Below the pieces are notes generated by a model. The model saw only the letters and a list, made by a program, of their open reading frames with translations, was not told the DNA's origin and did not search any database. A stretch of DNA of 64,000 nucleotides. Origin: Gemmatimonadaceae bacterium (GTDB taxonomy: Bacteria; Gemmatimonadota; Gemmatimonadetes; Gemmatimonadales; Gemmatimonadaceae). The stretch covers positions 176,490-240,489 of the forward strand of contig JBBDYC010000008.1 of the NCBI GenBank assembly GCA_040901985.1. The letters run 5' to 3'. Below, piece by piece: positions 37,182 through 47,636 of this stretch. Numbering within the stretch: position 1 is the stretch's first letter; every line of letters begins with the position of its first letter. The position numbers and the translations under genes are program-made.

Positions 37182-38839
37182 GAGGTCTCCTTGAGACGGA
37201 AGCGCTGCAGCTTGCCGGTGTCGGTCTTGGGCAGCGCGCTGACAAACTCGACCACCCGCGGATACTTGTACGGGGCGATCGTCGCCTTCACGAAATCCTG
37301 GATCGCGCGCTTCAGCGCGTCCGACGCCGTGACATCCGGCTTGAGCACGACGAACGCCTTCACCGCCTGGCCGCGGTCCTCGTCCGGCACGCCGACCACG
37401 GCACACTCGGCCACGGCGTCGTGCTGCAGCACGGCGGCCTCGACCTCCGGCGCGCCGATGTTGTAGCCGGCCGAGAGGATCAAGTCGTCGGTCCGTGCCT
37501 TGAAGAAGACATAACCGTCGGCGTCCATCGTCACGGCGTCGCCGGTGAGGTTCCAGCCGCGCTGGACGTAGTCGCGCTGGCGCCCGTCGTTCAGGTAGCG
37601 GCATCCGGTGGGGCCGCGGACGGCGAGCCGGCCGACCGCGCCGGTTGGCACCGGATCGAGCGCGTCATCGAGGATTGCGACCGTGTAACCCGGGACGGCA
37701 CGGCCGATCGCCCCGTGGCGCACCTCCGGTCCCGCAGCGGCAATGAAGATATGCATCAGCTCCGTCGCCCCGATGCCGTCGAGCATCTCGATCCCGGTGG
37801 CGTCGCGCCAGAGCGTGCGCGTGGCGTCGGGGAGCGCCTCGCCCGCCGACACCGATGCGCGGAGCGAGCCGGTGGACCACCGCCCGGGCTCGCGCCCGAT
37901 CGTCAGCGCCATCTGCCGGTAGAAGGTGGGCGCGGTGAAGCTCACGGTGGCGCCGGTGGCCTGGATCGCATCGAGGAGCGAGTCGGGCGTCGCCTTCTCG
38001 ACGAGAATTGCGGCGCCGCGCGCGGCGAGCGGAAAGCAGAGGAGGCCGCCGAGTCCGAAGGTGAAGGCGAGCGGCGGCGTACCGATGCAACGGTCCGTGC
38101 CGGACGTGCGAAGGACCTGCGCCGAGAATCCGTCGCACATCGCCATCACGTCGCGATGAAAGTGCATGCAGCCCTTGGGCACGCCTGTGGTGCCGGAGGT
38201 GAAGGCAATCAGGCAGACGTCGTCGCGGCTGGTGGCGACGACGGGAAAGGGCGCGGAGCGGCGCGCCGTGAGCGCCTCGAGTCCGTCGTCGGCGTCGGTC
38301 CCCCAGCAGTGAATTGCGGTGAGCGTGGTGGGCGCCGCCGCCGCGACGCGGAGTTCGTCCGCCAGTCGCGCGTCGCAGAGGGCGGCGGCGCACTGCGCGC
38401 GCTCGATGATCACGCGCAGTTCCTTGGTGCGCAGGAGCGGCATCGTCGTGACGGCGACCAGTCCCGCCTTGATGGTGGCGAGCCAGGCCGCCGCCATCCA
38501 GCGGCCGTTGAAGCCGCGGAGGAGGACACGGTTTCCCGGTACGAGGCCGAGGTTGCTGGCGAGCACGTGAGCGAGCGCATCCACCTGCGCGGCGAGTTCG
38601 GCGTAGGTCGTGTCGGCCCAGCCGCCGGCGCCGTCCGGCGTGACGAGGGCCACGCGGTCGCCGTGTCCGTCGCTGAGCGCGCGGTCGAGGAGCTGCTCGG
38701 CGGCGTTGAGCGTCGGCGGGTAATCGTACGGCCCGTCGAGGAGCATCACCGGCCACTCCTCGGCCGGCGGGAGTTGCTTGCGTGGCCAGTGGTCCAGGTG
38801 CGCGCTCGGGAGGAGATCGCGGGGAGCGGCGGTCGGCAT
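37178..38839 (-). CDS. abmG: 2-aminobenzoate/benzoate-CoA ligase family
   Basis: FTSGTTGVPKG, PPLAFTFGLGG, SAGEAL, DGIGATE, APYKYPR, TGKLQRF. Cluster context. Confidence 0.85.
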   Translation of the reverse strand: MPTAAPRDLLPSAHLDHWPRKQLPPAEEWPVMLLDGPYDYPPTLNAAEQLLDRALSDGHGDRVALVTPDGAGGWADTTYAELAAQVDALAHVLASNLGLVPGNRVLLRGFNGRWMAAAWLATIKAGLVAVTTMPLLRTKELRVIIERAQCAAALCDARLADELRVAAAAPTTLTAIHCWGTDADDGLEALTARRSAPFPVVATSRDDVCLIAFTSGTTGVPKGCMHFHRDVMAMCDGFSAQVLRTSGTDRCIGTPPLAFTFGLGGLLCFPLAARGAAILVEKATPDSLLDAIQATGATVSFTAPTFYRQMALTIGREPGRWSTGSLRASVSAGEALPDATRTLWRDATGIEMLDGIGATELMHIFIAAAGPEVRHGAIGRAVPGYTVAILDDALDPVPTGAVGRLAVRGPTGCRYLNDGRQRDYVQRGWNLTGDAVTMDADGYVFFKARTDDLILSAGYNIGAPEVEAAVLQHDAVAECAVVGVPDEDRGQAVKAFVVLKPDVTASDALKRAIQDFVKATIAPYKYPRVVEFVSALPKTDTGKLQRFRLKETS

Positions 38840-38854
38840 CGGCGCGTCGTCCTC

Positions 38855-40030
38855 CTACTTCCCTGTGGTGGCGGCCTTCAGCATCTCGCGCCCGACGAGC
38901 AGGCGCTGCACCTCGGTGGCGCCTTCGTAGATGCGGAGCGCACGGATGTCGCGGTAGAGCCGCTCGACGACGCCGCCGACGCGCACCCCCTCGCCGCCGT
39001 GGAGCTGCACCGCGCGGTCAACGATGCGCTGCGCGGACTCCGTCGCGGCGAGCTTTGCCATCGCCGCGACGTCGGTCGTCCGGCCGTCCTGCGTGTCGCG
39101 CTGCCAGGCGGCGCGGTAGGTCAGCAGCGCCGCCGCGTCGAGCTCGGTGGCCATGTCGCCGATGATCGCCTGGGCGAGCGGTTGCGCGCCGAGCGTCGTC
39201 CCGAGCATCACGCGGGCATTGGCGTGGCGCAGCGTCTCGCGCAAGGCGCGGCGGGCAAACCCGACGGCCGCCGCCGCCACCGACGTGCGGAAGATGTCGA
39301 GCGTGCGCATCGCCAGTTTGAAGCCGTCACCCTCGTCGCCCAGCCGGTGCGACTCGGGGACAGAGCAGCCGTCGAACCGCAGCGTCGCCAGCGGGTGCGG
39401 TGAGATCACGGTGATCCGCTCCTCGACAATCAGTCCCGGCGTCCTGGCCGGCACGAGGAAGGCCGAGATCCCCTTGGCGCCGGTGGGCATCGCGTCGGAG
39501 CGCGCGAAAACGCAATAGAAGTCGGCGATCCCGCCATTGGAGATCCAGGTCTTGGTGCCGGTGATCGCCCAGCCGTCCGCCGTGCGCGTGGCGCGCGTCC
39601 GCAGCGCGCCGACGTCGGAGCCGGCCTCGGGTTCCGAGAGGGCGAAGGCGGCAATCGCCTCGCCGCGCGCGACCCGCGGCAACCACGCCCGCCGGAGCCC
39701 GTCGTCGCCGCCGAGGGTGAGCGCGCCCGAGCCGAGCCCCTGCATGGCGAATGCGAAGTCGGCGAGCGCATCCTCCGCGGCGAGCGCCTCCCGGATGATG
39801 CAGAGCGCGCGCGAGTCTATCGTGTCGAGGGCGCCGCCGAACTCGGCCGGCACGCAGTAGCGGAGGAGCCCGACGCCGCCGAGCCGCTGCACCCACTCGC
39901 GCGCGGCGTCGTCGGTGTCGGCGGCGACGACACGCTGGTCGCGCGCCCAGTCGGCGGCGAGGGCGGCGAGCGCACGGTGCGCCTCGGTGAAGAAGGGCCA
40001 GGCGAGATGCGGGGCGGGGGCGGTGGCCAT
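38855..40030 (-). CDS. acyl-CoA dehydrogenase (abm cluster)
   Basis: [45 protein letters not shown]. Confidence 0.93.
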   Translation of the reverse strand: MATAPAPHLAWPFFTEAHRALAALAADWARDQRVVAADTDDAAREWVQRLGGVGLLRYCVPAEFGGALDTIDSRALCIIREALAAEDALADFAFAMQGLGSGALTLGGDDGLRRAWLPRVARGEAIAAFALSEPEAGSDVGALRTRATRTADGWAITGTKTWISNGGIADFYCVFARSDAMPTGAKGISAFLVPARTPGLIVEERITVISPHPLATLRFDGCSVPESHRLGDEGDGFKLAMRTLDIFRTSVAAAAVGFARRALRETLRHANARVMLGTTLGAQPLAQAIIGDMATELDAAALLTYRAAWQRDTQDGRTTDVAAMAKLAATESAQRIVDRAVQLHGGEGVRVGGVVERLYRDIRALRIYEGATEVQRLLVGREMLKAATTGK

Positions 40031-40032
40031 GC

Positions 40033-40830
40033 TCAGTTCCCCTCGAAGGTCGGTGTGCGCTTGGCCGCGAAGGCCTCGAACGCCCGCCGGAAGTCGTTCG
40101 TGCGCATACACGCCGCCTGGGCCTGCGCCTCCATCTCCAGCGCGTCGGACAGACTGGCGTTCCACTCCTGCACGAGCATCCGCTTGGTCATCGCGTGGGC
40201 AAGCGTCGGGCCGTTCGCCAGCTCGGCGGCACGGCGCTGGGCCTCGGCGAGCACGAGCTCCGGCGGTACGATGGCATTGTAGAATCCCCACCGCTCGCCC
40301 TCGGCGGCGTCCATCGTGCGGCCGGTGAGGAGGAGCTCGGCGGCGCGCCCTTGGCCGATGATCCGGGGGAGGATCGCGCAGGCGCCCATATCGCAGCCGG
40401 CGAGCCCGACGCGAGTGAAGAGAAACGACGTCCGCGCGGCCGGCGTGGCGATCCGCAGGTCCGACGCCATCGCGAGGATCGCCCCGGCGCCGGCGGCGAC
40501 GCCGTCCACCGCGGCGATCACCGGCTGCGGGCAGGTCATCATTGCCTCGACCAGCGCGCCGGTCATCCGCGTGAACTCGAGCAGCTGTGCATCGGACATC
40601 TTCGTCAGCGGCTCGATGATCTCGTGGACGTCGCCGCCTGAGCAGAAGTTGCCACCGGCGCCGGTGAGGACCACCGCCCGCACGGTGGGGTCGGCCGGCA
40701 ACGCGCGGAAGTGGTCGCGGAGTTCGGCGTACGACGCGAAGGTCAGCGGGTTCTTCCGCTCCGGGCGGTCGAGCGTGATGGTGAGCACCTTGCCGTCGGC
40801 GCTGGTGTCGGTGCGGTAGTGCGTGCTCAT
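40033..40830 (-). CDS. enoyl-CoA hydratase family protein
   Basis: [34 protein letters not shown]. Confidence 0.93.
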   Translation of the reverse strand: MSTHYRTDTSADGKVLTITLDRPERKNPLTFASYAELRDHFRALPADPTVRAVVLTGAGGNFCSGGDVHEIIEPLTKMSDAQLLEFTRMTGALVEAMMTCPQPVIAAVDGVAAGAGAILAMASDLRIATPAARTSFLFTRVGLAGCDMGACAILPRIIGQGRAAELLLTGRTMDAAEGERWGFYNAIVPPELVLAEAQRRAAELANGPTLAHAMTKRMLVQEWNASLSDALEMEAQAQAACMRTNDFRRAFEAFAAKRTPTFEGN

Positions 40831-41321
40831 CGGGTGTCCCTCGAGGGGCGGAAGCGCTGCTTGAGCGTGCCGAGGGCAGCGTGCAGCGCGCGGCGTTCGG
40901 TGGCGGAGAGTCCGTCGAAGAGTCCGGCAATGAGGCGCTCGTGCGCGCGCGCCATCGTGGTGAAGTGGCGGCGACCGGCGGCCGTGAGGCGGACCAACGT
41001 GGCGCGGCCGTCGTCGGGGGCGGGACGGCGCTTCACCAGGCCCTCGCGCTCCAGCGCGGCGACGAGCGACGTCACGTTGCCGCCGGTGGTGAGGATGCGC
41101 GCCGAGAGCTCGCCCATCCGCAGGCCGTCGGGGGAGCGGAAGAGCTGCGCGAGGAGGTCGAACCGCGGCAGCGTGGACGCGAAGTCGCGGCGCAGCGTGC
41201 TGTCCACGACCCGTTCAATCATCGTCGTGCAGGTGAAGAGGCGGAGCCAGAGCCGCAACGCCTCGTGGTCGTCGCGGTCAAGGCGCGTCTCGGGATCGGT
41301 CGTCGTCGCCGGTGCGGTCAT
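40827..41321 (-). CDS. MarR family transcriptional regulator
   Basis: [18 protein letters not shown], winged helix [25 protein letters not shown]. Confidence 0.93.
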   Translation of the reverse strand: MTAPATTTDPETRLDRDDHEALRLWLRLFTCTTMIERVVDSTLRRDFASTLPRFDLLAQLFRSPDGLRMGELSARILTTGGNVTSLVAALEREGLVKRRPAPDDGRATLVRLTAAGRRHFTTMARAHERLIAGLFDGLSATERRALHAALGTLKQRFRPSRDTR

Positions 41322-42094
41322 CGCGTGTCGAGCCCCATCAGGATGGTCGTCTGGCCGGTCGTCGCGCCGGCCGCCGGAACGCAGAACGCGAACACGGCGT
41401 CCGCCACTTCCTGCGGCAGCACCATCCGCGGCTGGCCGGCGTCGGCGAGGATCATCCGCTTCGCCTCGTCAGTGTCGCGCCCGGTCTTCGCCGAGATCCG
41501 TGCAAGCGACTCGCTGACGAGGTCGGTCTCGGTGTAGCCCGGGCAGACCGCGTTCACCGTGATGCCCTTCGATGCGAATTCCATCGCCAGCGCGCGGGTG
41601 AGTCCCACCAGCGCGTGCTTGGCGGCAACGTAGTGCGCCACGTAGGGCGCGCCGTGGAGCCCGGCGATGCTGGCGACGTTGACGATCCGCCCGCGGCCGC
41701 GCTCGATCATCGCCGGCAACACCGCCTGCGCCGTGTGCACCGCGCCCATCACGTGCACACCAAACATCTGCGTGAACAACGCCGGGTCAGCACGGAGGAA
41801 CGGCACCGTTTCCACCGAGCCGGCGTTGTTCACCAGGATGTCCACCGGGCCAAGCGCGTCGGCGGCGGCGGCGTAGGCACGGCGCACCGCGTCGCGGTCG
41901 CTGATGTCGCCGACGACGACGACCTGCGACCGGCCCGGCAGCTCCGCGGCGACGCGCTCGGCCGCCGAGCGGTCGCGGACCATCAGCGTGACCGACGTCC
42001 CCGCCGCGGCGAGCGTCCGCGCCACGCTCGCCCCGATCCCGCGATTGGCGCCGGTGACGAGCGCGTGCTGGCCGGCGATCACCTGGGCGGTCAC
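41318..42094 (-). CDS. SDR family oxidoreductase
   Basis: [23 protein letters not shown]. Confidence 0.93.
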   Translation of the reverse strand: MTAQVIAGQHALVTGANRGIGASVARTLAAAGTSVTLMVRDRSAAERVAAELPGRSQVVVVGDISDRDAVRRAYAAAADALGPVDILVNNAGSVETVPFLRADPALFTQMFGVHVMGAVHTAQAVLPAMIERGRGRIVNVASIAGLHGAPYVAHYVAAKHALVGLTRALAMEFASKGITVNAVCPGYTETDLVSESLARISAKTGRDTDEAKRMILADAGQPRMVLPQEVADAVFAFCVPAAGATTGQTTILMGLDTR

Positions 42095-44463
42095 GTGAGT
42101 TCCCCCTTGGGCGGTGGCGGCGCGGCGGCGGCGAGCGCGGCGCGCTCCCGCTCCATCAACCGGTCGAGCTGGACCTTCGCTGCCCGGTATTGTGGGGGCC
42201 AGAGCTCGGCGGCGCCATCAAGACCGAAGCGCGCCGCCTCGGTGAGCGTCCACGCCGCATTCACCAGATGCGGCCGTCCCACCGCCACCAGGTCGGCGCG
42301 CCCGGAGGCGATGATCCCATTGGCCTGGTCGGCGTCCGTGATCGCGCCGACGGCGATCGTGGCGATCCCCGCTTCCTGGCGCACGCGGTCGGCGAACGGC
42401 GTCTGCCACATCCGGCCGTACACCGGGCGCTCGTCCTTCACCACTTGGCCGGCCGAGACGTCCATCAGGTCGGCGCCGGCGTCCTTGAAGAGCCGCGCCA
42501 GCGCCACCGCGTCGTCGCCGGTGTTTCCGCCCGGCGCCCAATCGTGCGCCGAGATCCGCACCGACATCGGCCGCTCGGCCGGCCAGGCGGCGCGCAGGGC
42601 GGCGAACACCTCGAGCGGGAAGCGCGCGCGGCCCGCGAGGTCGCCGCCGTACCGGTCAGTCCGCCGGTTGGTCAGCGGCGAGAGGAACGCCGAAAGCAGG
42701 TAGCCGTGCGCGCAGTGGAGCTCGAGCCAGTCGAAGCCGGCCGCCGCGCCGAGCGTCGCCGCACGCACGAACTCCTCGCGCACGCGGTCCATATCGGCGC
42801 GCGTCATCGCCCGCGCGACCGCCGAGATCCCGGCGAGATACTGTGTCTCCGACGGCGCGATGAGGGCCCAGCCGCCCTCCGGCAGCGGGAGGTCAATTCC
42901 TTCCCACATCTTCTGCGTCGCGCCCTTCGCGCCGGCGTGGCCGAGCTGGAGCCCGATCTTCGCTTCGCTGTGCGTGTGCACGAACGCGACGATCCGCGCC
43001 CACGCCTCGCGCTGCGCCTCGTTCCAGAGCCCCGGACACCAAGGCGTGATCCTCGCGTCCGCCGCCACGCACGTCATCTCGGTCATCACGAGGCCGGCGC
43101 CGCCGGTGGCCCGTGCGCCGAGGTGCACCAGGTGCCAGTCGGTCGGGCGGCCGTCGGGGTCGGCCGAATACTGGGCCATCGGCGAGACCACGACGCGGTT
43201 GCGCAGCGTCACCCCGCGCACCCGGTACGGGGTAAGCAGCGACGGCGGCGCCGGGCGGTCCGCCGGCACCTCGACCCCGGCCTGCTGGGCGAACCAGCGC
43301 TCGAACTCGGCGACGTAACGCGGGTCCCGCAGCCGCAGGTTCTCGTGCGAGATCCGCTGCGACCGGGTGAGCAGCGAATAGGCGAACTGTTCCGGCGCCA
43401 GCGTCGCGTAGCGATCCACGTGCTCAAACCACTCGGTCGAGTTGCGCGCGGCGTTCTGCAGCCGCAACACCTCCACCGACCGCTCGGCTTGGTAGCGCGC
43501 GAGGGCGGCATCGCGGTCCGGCTCGGCGGCAAGGATCGCGTCGAGCGCAATCGCATCTTCGAGCGCGAGCTTGCTCCCCGATCCGATCGAGAAGTGGGCG
43601 GTGTGCGCCGCATCACCGAGCAGCACCAGCGGCACGCGGCGTCCGCCCTCGTCGAGCCAGTGGATCCAGGAGGCGGAGGTCACGCGGGGAAACCGAATCC
43701 ACTGCGCCGACCCGCGAAGGTGCTTGGCATTGCTGACCAGCGGCGCGCCCGAGAGTTCGCGCGCGAACAGTCGCTCGCAGAATGCGATGGACTCCCCGCC
43801 GTCCATCGCGCCGATCCCGGCGCGGTCCCAGACCTCCCACGGCGTCTCGACGATGAAGGTGCTCATCGCCTCATCGAACTGATACGCGTGCGCCTGGAAC
43901 CAGCCGTGCGGCGTCTCGGCAAACGCGAAGGTGAAGGCGTCGAACCGGCGCGGGGTGCCGAGCCAGACATAGCGGCAGCGGCGCACATCCACGTCGGGGG
44001 CGAAGCTCCGGGCGTAGCGGTCGCGGATGCGGCTGTTGATCCCGTCGGCGGCAATCACGAGGTCGTAGCCCCCGTCGGCGACCACTTGCTCGAGCCCGGC
44101 CGGAGTCTCATCCTCGAACCGCAGCTCAACGCCGAGCGCGGTGCAACGTTCGTGAAGGATGGCGAGCATCTGCTTGCGTCCGATCCCGCTGAAGCCGTGG
44201 CCGCCCGAGCGGACGGTGGTGCCGCCGAAGTGCACCTCGATGTCGTCCCAATGATGGAGCGCGCGCGCAATGCGGTCGGCGCTGGCCGGATCGGCGGTGC
44301 GGAGATTGGCGACGGTCTGGTCGGAGAGCACGACGCCCCAGCCGAAGGTGTCGTCGGCCCGGTTGCGCTCGCGGACGGTGACGTGCGCGTCCGGATGCCG
44401 CCGCTTGAGCAGGAGCGCGGCGTACAGTCCCCCCGGACCTCCCCCCACGGCCAACACACGCAC
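42091..44463 (-). CDS. abmA: bifunctional 2-aminobenzoyl-CoA monooxygenase/reductase (salicylyl-CoA 5-hydroxylase family)
   Basis: N-terminal FAD monooxygenase ([29 protein letters not shown]) fused to an OYE domain ([20 protein letters not shown]). AAGGAG 7 nt before GTG. Confidence 0.92.
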   Translation of the reverse strand: MRVLAVGGGPGGLYAALLLKRRHPDAHVTVRERNRADDTFGWGVVLSDQTVANLRTADPASADRIARALHHWDDIEVHFGGTTVRSGGHGFSGIGRKQMLAILHERCTALGVELRFEDETPAGLEQVVADGGYDLVIAADGINSRIRDRYARSFAPDVDVRRCRYVWLGTPRRFDAFTFAFAETPHGWFQAHAYQFDEAMSTFIVETPWEVWDRAGIGAMDGGESIAFCERLFARELSGAPLVSNAKHLRGSAQWIRFPRVTSASWIHWLDEGGRRVPLVLLGDAAHTAHFSIGSGSKLALEDAIALDAILAAEPDRDAALARYQAERSVEVLRLQNAARNSTEWFEHVDRYATLAPEQFAYSLLTRSQRISHENLRLRDPRYVAEFERWFAQQAGVEVPADRPAPPSLLTPYRVRGVTLRNRVVVSPMAQYSADPDGRPTDWHLVHLGARATGGAGLVMTEMTCVAADARITPWCPGLWNEAQREAWARIVAFVHTHSEAKIGLQLGHAGAKGATQKMWEGIDLPLPEGGWALIAPSETQYLAGISAVARAMTRADMDRVREEFVRAATLGAAAGFDWLELHCAHGYLLSAFLSPLTNRRTDRYGGDLAGRARFPLEVFAALRAAWPAERPMSVRISAHDWAPGGNTGDDAVALARLFKDAGADLMDVSAGQVVKDERPVYGRMWQTPFADRVRQEAGIATIAVGAITDADQANGIIASGRADLVAVGRPHLVNAAWTLTEAARFGLDGAAELWPPQYRAAKVQLDRLMERERAALAAAAPPPPKGELT

Positions 44464-44506
44464 GCCCTGGCTCCTTGCGGTCGGTGGACGGGGGGATGGT
44501 AGGGCC

Positions 44507-44530
44507 ATTTGCTTCAAATATCAAGTAAAT
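44507..44530. promoter_or_regulatory. AT-rich imperfect palindrome, candidate MarR operator of the abm-like operon
   Basis: ATTTGCTTCAAATATCAAGTAAAT matches its reverse complement at 18/24 positions and lies about 44 nt upstream of the abmA start. Confidence 0.65.
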
Positions 44531-44603
44531 CGGCCGGTTGGTGGGCCGGTCGAGTATCTTCCGTCCGGGCGCGCAGGGCGCCCGATCCCTCTCCACCATC
44601 GAG

Positions 44604-45188
44604 ATGACCGGAAAGTCCAAGCAGGCGCCGAGCGCCCAGGCGCGGGGCGCCAAGGGCAAGCGCGGCGGTCGGGGGCGCGGCCGCGGCGGCGGCGGCGCCA
44701 AGAAGGCCGTGACGCCCAAGGTGGCGACGCGCCACTCGCCCACGCTGACCTCGCACCCCACCGGGCGGGCCGCGTACCTGGACACGCGCAAATGGCTGCT
44801 TGCGACGCACGGCCCGGTCTGCGCTTACTGCGAGCGTATCGTCGCCGAGCGGACCGTCACGCTCGACCACGTGACGCCGCGCCGCGGCCTCACTGCCTAC
44901 GACCGGCGCGACAACCTCGTGCTCTGCTGCAAGACCTGCAACGCCGCGAAGGCGGACAAGCCGATCCTCGTCTTCCTGCTCGGCAACCGCGCCCGCGTGG
45001 TCGCGCTCTACAAGTACGGCCAGCACCTGAGCCATCAGTTGGTCGAGATGGTCAAGGACCTGCTGCCGGCCGGGGACCGGCCGCCGCTGCCGACGGGACC
45101 GCCGCCGAAGCCCCGCGCCAAGCGGAAGAGCTGGGCCGAGATGCATCCGCACGAGGATGAGGGCCTCTCGCCGTACCTCGACGGGTGA
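44604..45188 (+). CDS. HNH endonuclease with basic RGG-rich N-terminus
   Basis: CAYC..TLDHVTPR..DNLVLCCKTCNAAK. Confidence 0.88.
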   Translation: MTGKSKQAPSAQARGAKGKRGGRGRGRGGGGAKKAVTPKVATRHSPTLTSHPTGRAAYLDTRKWLLATHGPVCAYCERIVAERTVTLDHVTPRRGLTAYDRRDNLVLCCKTCNAAKADKPILVFLLGNRARVVALYKYGQHLSHQLVEMVKDLLPAGDRPPLPTGPPPKPRAKRKSWAEMHPHEDEGLSPYLDG

Positions 45189-45192
45189 TGGC

Positions 45193-45579
45193 GTGACCAT
45201 CCGCCTGATCCGGACGCCCAATGCGCCGACGCCGGCCGGGCACTACTCGCAGGCCACGGTGCACCAGGGTGTCGTCTATGTCGCCGGGCAGTTGGCGATT
45301 GACCCGGCGACCGGTGAGCCGCAGCTCGGTTCGGTCGGCGAGCAGACCGAACGGACCCTCCGCAACGTGGAGGCGATCCTCGTCGCCGCCGGGAGCGACC
45401 TCGCGCACCTGCTTAAGGTGACGGTCTTCATCAGCGACATCTCACTCTGGGCCGAGGTGAACGCCGTCTATGCGCGGATCCTCGGCTCGCATCGGCCCGC
45501 GCGCGCGATAGTCCCGACCAAGGACCTCCGCCACGGATTCCTGGTCGAGATTGACGCAATCGGCGCGCTGAAGGAGTGA
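45193..45579 (+). CDS. RidA family enamine/imine deaminase
   Basis: APTPAGHYSQA, YVAGQL, HRPARA (catalytic Arg), LVEIDAI. Confidence 0.92.
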   Translation: MTIRLIRTPNAPTPAGHYSQATVHQGVVYVAGQLAIDPATGEPQLGSVGEQTERTLRNVEAILVAAGSDLAHLLKVTVFISDISLWAEVNAVYARILGSHRPARAIVPTKDLRHGFLVEIDAIGALKE

Positions 45580-45600
45580 CCGACCGACGGCGCCGCGGTC

Positions 45601-45666
45601 GGCGGCGTCGTTGTCAGCGGCGCGGCGTCATTGTGAGCGGGGCGGCGTCATCGTCAGCGGGGCGGC
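45601..45666. repeat. 20-bp tandem repeat (about 3.3 copies) over the amidohydrolase stop codon
   Basis: ggcggcgtcgttgtcagcgg / cgcggcgtcattgtgagcgg / ggcggcgtcatcgtcagcgg / ggcggc. Confidence 0.8.
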
Positions 45667-47546
45667 CGGTTGTTCACGCCGGCGAGGAGATCGGCCGGTG
45701 CGTAGGCGCGGCCGCCGCGCATCACCAGATGTACGCGGCGAAGGTCGGCGATCCGCTCGGTCGGACGTCCGTCAATGATCACCAGGTCGGCGACCATCCC
45801 GGGCGCGATGTTCCCGATCGCCGCCGCCTCGCCCATCACGCGCGCCGAGCCGAGCGTGGCGAGCTGCAACACCTGCATCGGCGGTATTCCGGCGCGCTCG
45901 TAGAGCTCGAGCTCGGCGTTGTAGCTCGACCCGTCCGTCCCGGGGACGATCGTGACCCCGGCATCGAAGAGTCGGCGGACAAGCCGCAGGTAGGCGCGGT
46001 TGCCGGCCCGTGCGCTCAGCGAATCGCTGCCGGTCGTGTCGCGCATCCAGAGGTTGAACGTCCCGTCCACCACGGTTCCGTGCGCCTTGAGGTCGGCGAG
46101 GAGCGCGGTCATCGGGGCGCCGTCCACGTCGGTGTTGGGTGCGACGACCGCGGCGACCCCGGAGTAGGGGCGCATCGTCGGGTAGTAGAGCGAGTCCTGG
46201 TGGAAGGTCGAGAAGAGGAAGGCGGCGTGGTTGATCTCGTCGAAGCCAAGGCGGATCGCCGCACCGACGCTGAGCCCGCGCGGCACGTGGCCGCTCAACC
46301 GCATCCCGCGTGCCCGCGCCTCGGCGGCGATCGCCGGGACGAGGTCGGGATGCACGAGGTTGTAGAGCTTGACCTGCCGATAGCCGAGCGAGTCGTAGCG
46401 GGCGACCCACTCGCGTGCCTCCGCCTCGGTGCGGACGAGGACGTCGCTCGGGCCAGCCCAGAGTCCGGGCCCCTCGATGAAGCCGGCGAGGATCACCCGT
46501 GGCGAGACGATTGTTCCCGCGTTCGCGCGGTCGCGGTGCGAAAGGCCGACATCGGTGTCGGACGCCATATCGCGAATCGTCGTGACGCCGATCGCGAGGT
46601 GCCGGACGACCGTCCCCGTCTGGCTGGCGAGCTGGAAATGCGTGTGCATGTCCCAGAGGCCCGGCACGACGGTCTTCCCGCCCGCGTCAATGACGTGCGC
46701 GCCGCGCGGCGTTCGTACGGAGGCCGCGGGGCCGACCGCGGTGATGCGGCCGCCCTCGACGACGATGGTGTGCCGCGGCAGGAGGACGCCGCGCTCGGCC
46801 TCGAACACATCGGCGTCGCGAATCACCACCAAACCGGAGGCGGTCACGCGAATCTGCGACGCCAGCGCGTTCCCCGCCTCGTTGCGATACGCGGTCTCGA
46901 TGGCGCGCAGCAGCGGCAATGCGGGCACGATGTCCGGCCGCACCGTGACGAACCACCCCACCGCGCTCGCCGCAAGCGCGCCAGATGCATCCACCCAGAC
47001 CGCCTGCGAGGTCGCGCCGACGCCGTGCAGCATCGCGAGGCGGAGTCGCACGCCGCCGCGAGTGGACGGGACGACGGTGTCGGCGGCAATCTCAAGACGC
47101 AGTTCGATCCCGGTCGGCAGGACGCGCGTCGTATGGGCGGGCCGGGCGAGGAGGTGTCGCACAATCCGCGCCTGGTCCCACGCGGTCGAGTTGGCGAGCG
47201 CGTACACGCCGTCCCTGCGCGCGACCGTCCGCGCGTCGTCGCCGCCTCGGGTGAAACGCACCGAATCGCCGGCGATCTCATAGCCGTCCGTCGCCGCGCC
47301 GACGGCGCCGTCGCGCGTCATCGGCCGACTCTCGCCGGCGCGCACGCTCCCGTCGGCGTCCACGAGGTACCGACTCTGCACCCAGCGCCCGCGATTGCGG
47401 TCAATGTGCCCGTACGTCACAACGAGCGAATCCGCGTCGGCGACCACGCGCATCTCGCCGGCCGGCCGGCCGTGGTTCAGCACCACGTAGGTCGTCGTGT
47501 CGGCGCTGAGCGCGAGGGTGGTGGCGAGCAGGGTGTGCGCGAGCAT
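45654..47546 (-). CDS. amidohydrolase family protein with N-terminal extension, probably exported
   Basis: VVPGLWDMHTH, GVTTIRD, VKLY, GHVP, PGTD, GMVADLVII. Confidence 0.88.
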   Translation of the reverse strand: MLAHTLLATTLALSADTTTYVVLNHGRPAGEMRVVADADSLVVTYGHIDRNRGRWVQSRYLVDADGSVRAGESRPMTRDGAVGAATDGYEIAGDSVRFTRGGDDARTVARRDGVYALANSTAWDQARIVRHLLARPAHTTRVLPTGIELRLEIAADTVVPSTRGGVRLRLAMLHGVGATSQAVWVDASGALAASAVGWFVTVRPDIVPALPLLRAIETAYRNEAGNALASQIRVTASGLVVIRDADVFEAERGVLLPRHTIVVEGGRITAVGPAASVRTPRGAHVIDAGGKTVVPGLWDMHTHFQLASQTGTVVRHLAIGVTTIRDMASDTDVGLSHRDRANAGTIVSPRVILAGFIEGPGLWAGPSDVLVRTEAEAREWVARYDSLGYRQVKLYNLVHPDLVPAIAAEARARGMRLSGHVPRGLSVGAAIRLGFDEINHAAFLFSTFHQDSLYYPTMRPYSGVAAVVAPNTDVDGAPMTALLADLKAHGTVVDGTFNLWMRDTTGSDSLSARAGNRAYLRLVRRLFDAGVTIVPGTDGSSYNAELELYERAGIPPMQVLQLATLGSARVMGEAAAIGNIAPGMVADLVIIDGRPTERIADLRRVHLVMRGGRAYAPADLLAGVNNRPPR

Positions 47547-47636
47547 TGATCCGATGGAAGAGGGAGGTGACCTGCGGCGTTCAAATTGGAGCGTCCGGCG
47601 GTGGCGCGGAAGTTCGTCCCTCCTTACCCTATCCAG

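Noticed and set aside
38855..40930. 691-aa ORF suggesting a fused acyl-CoA dehydrogenase
   Set aside because: The upstream part is an off-frame reading of the enoyl-CoA hydratase. The real start is 40030.
42190..44502. Very long antisense or alternate-frame ORFs (also 4295-6175, 30399-32483, 32069-34363, 37421-39403, 51177-53702, 59434-61503)
   Set aside because: These are shadows of GC3-biased real genes. They are Arg/Ala/Gly-rich, have no motifs and fully overlap well-supported CDSs.
8212..45188. Helicases plus HNH considered as an anti-phage system
   Set aside because: They are far apart and embedded among housekeeping genes, with no defence-island context.
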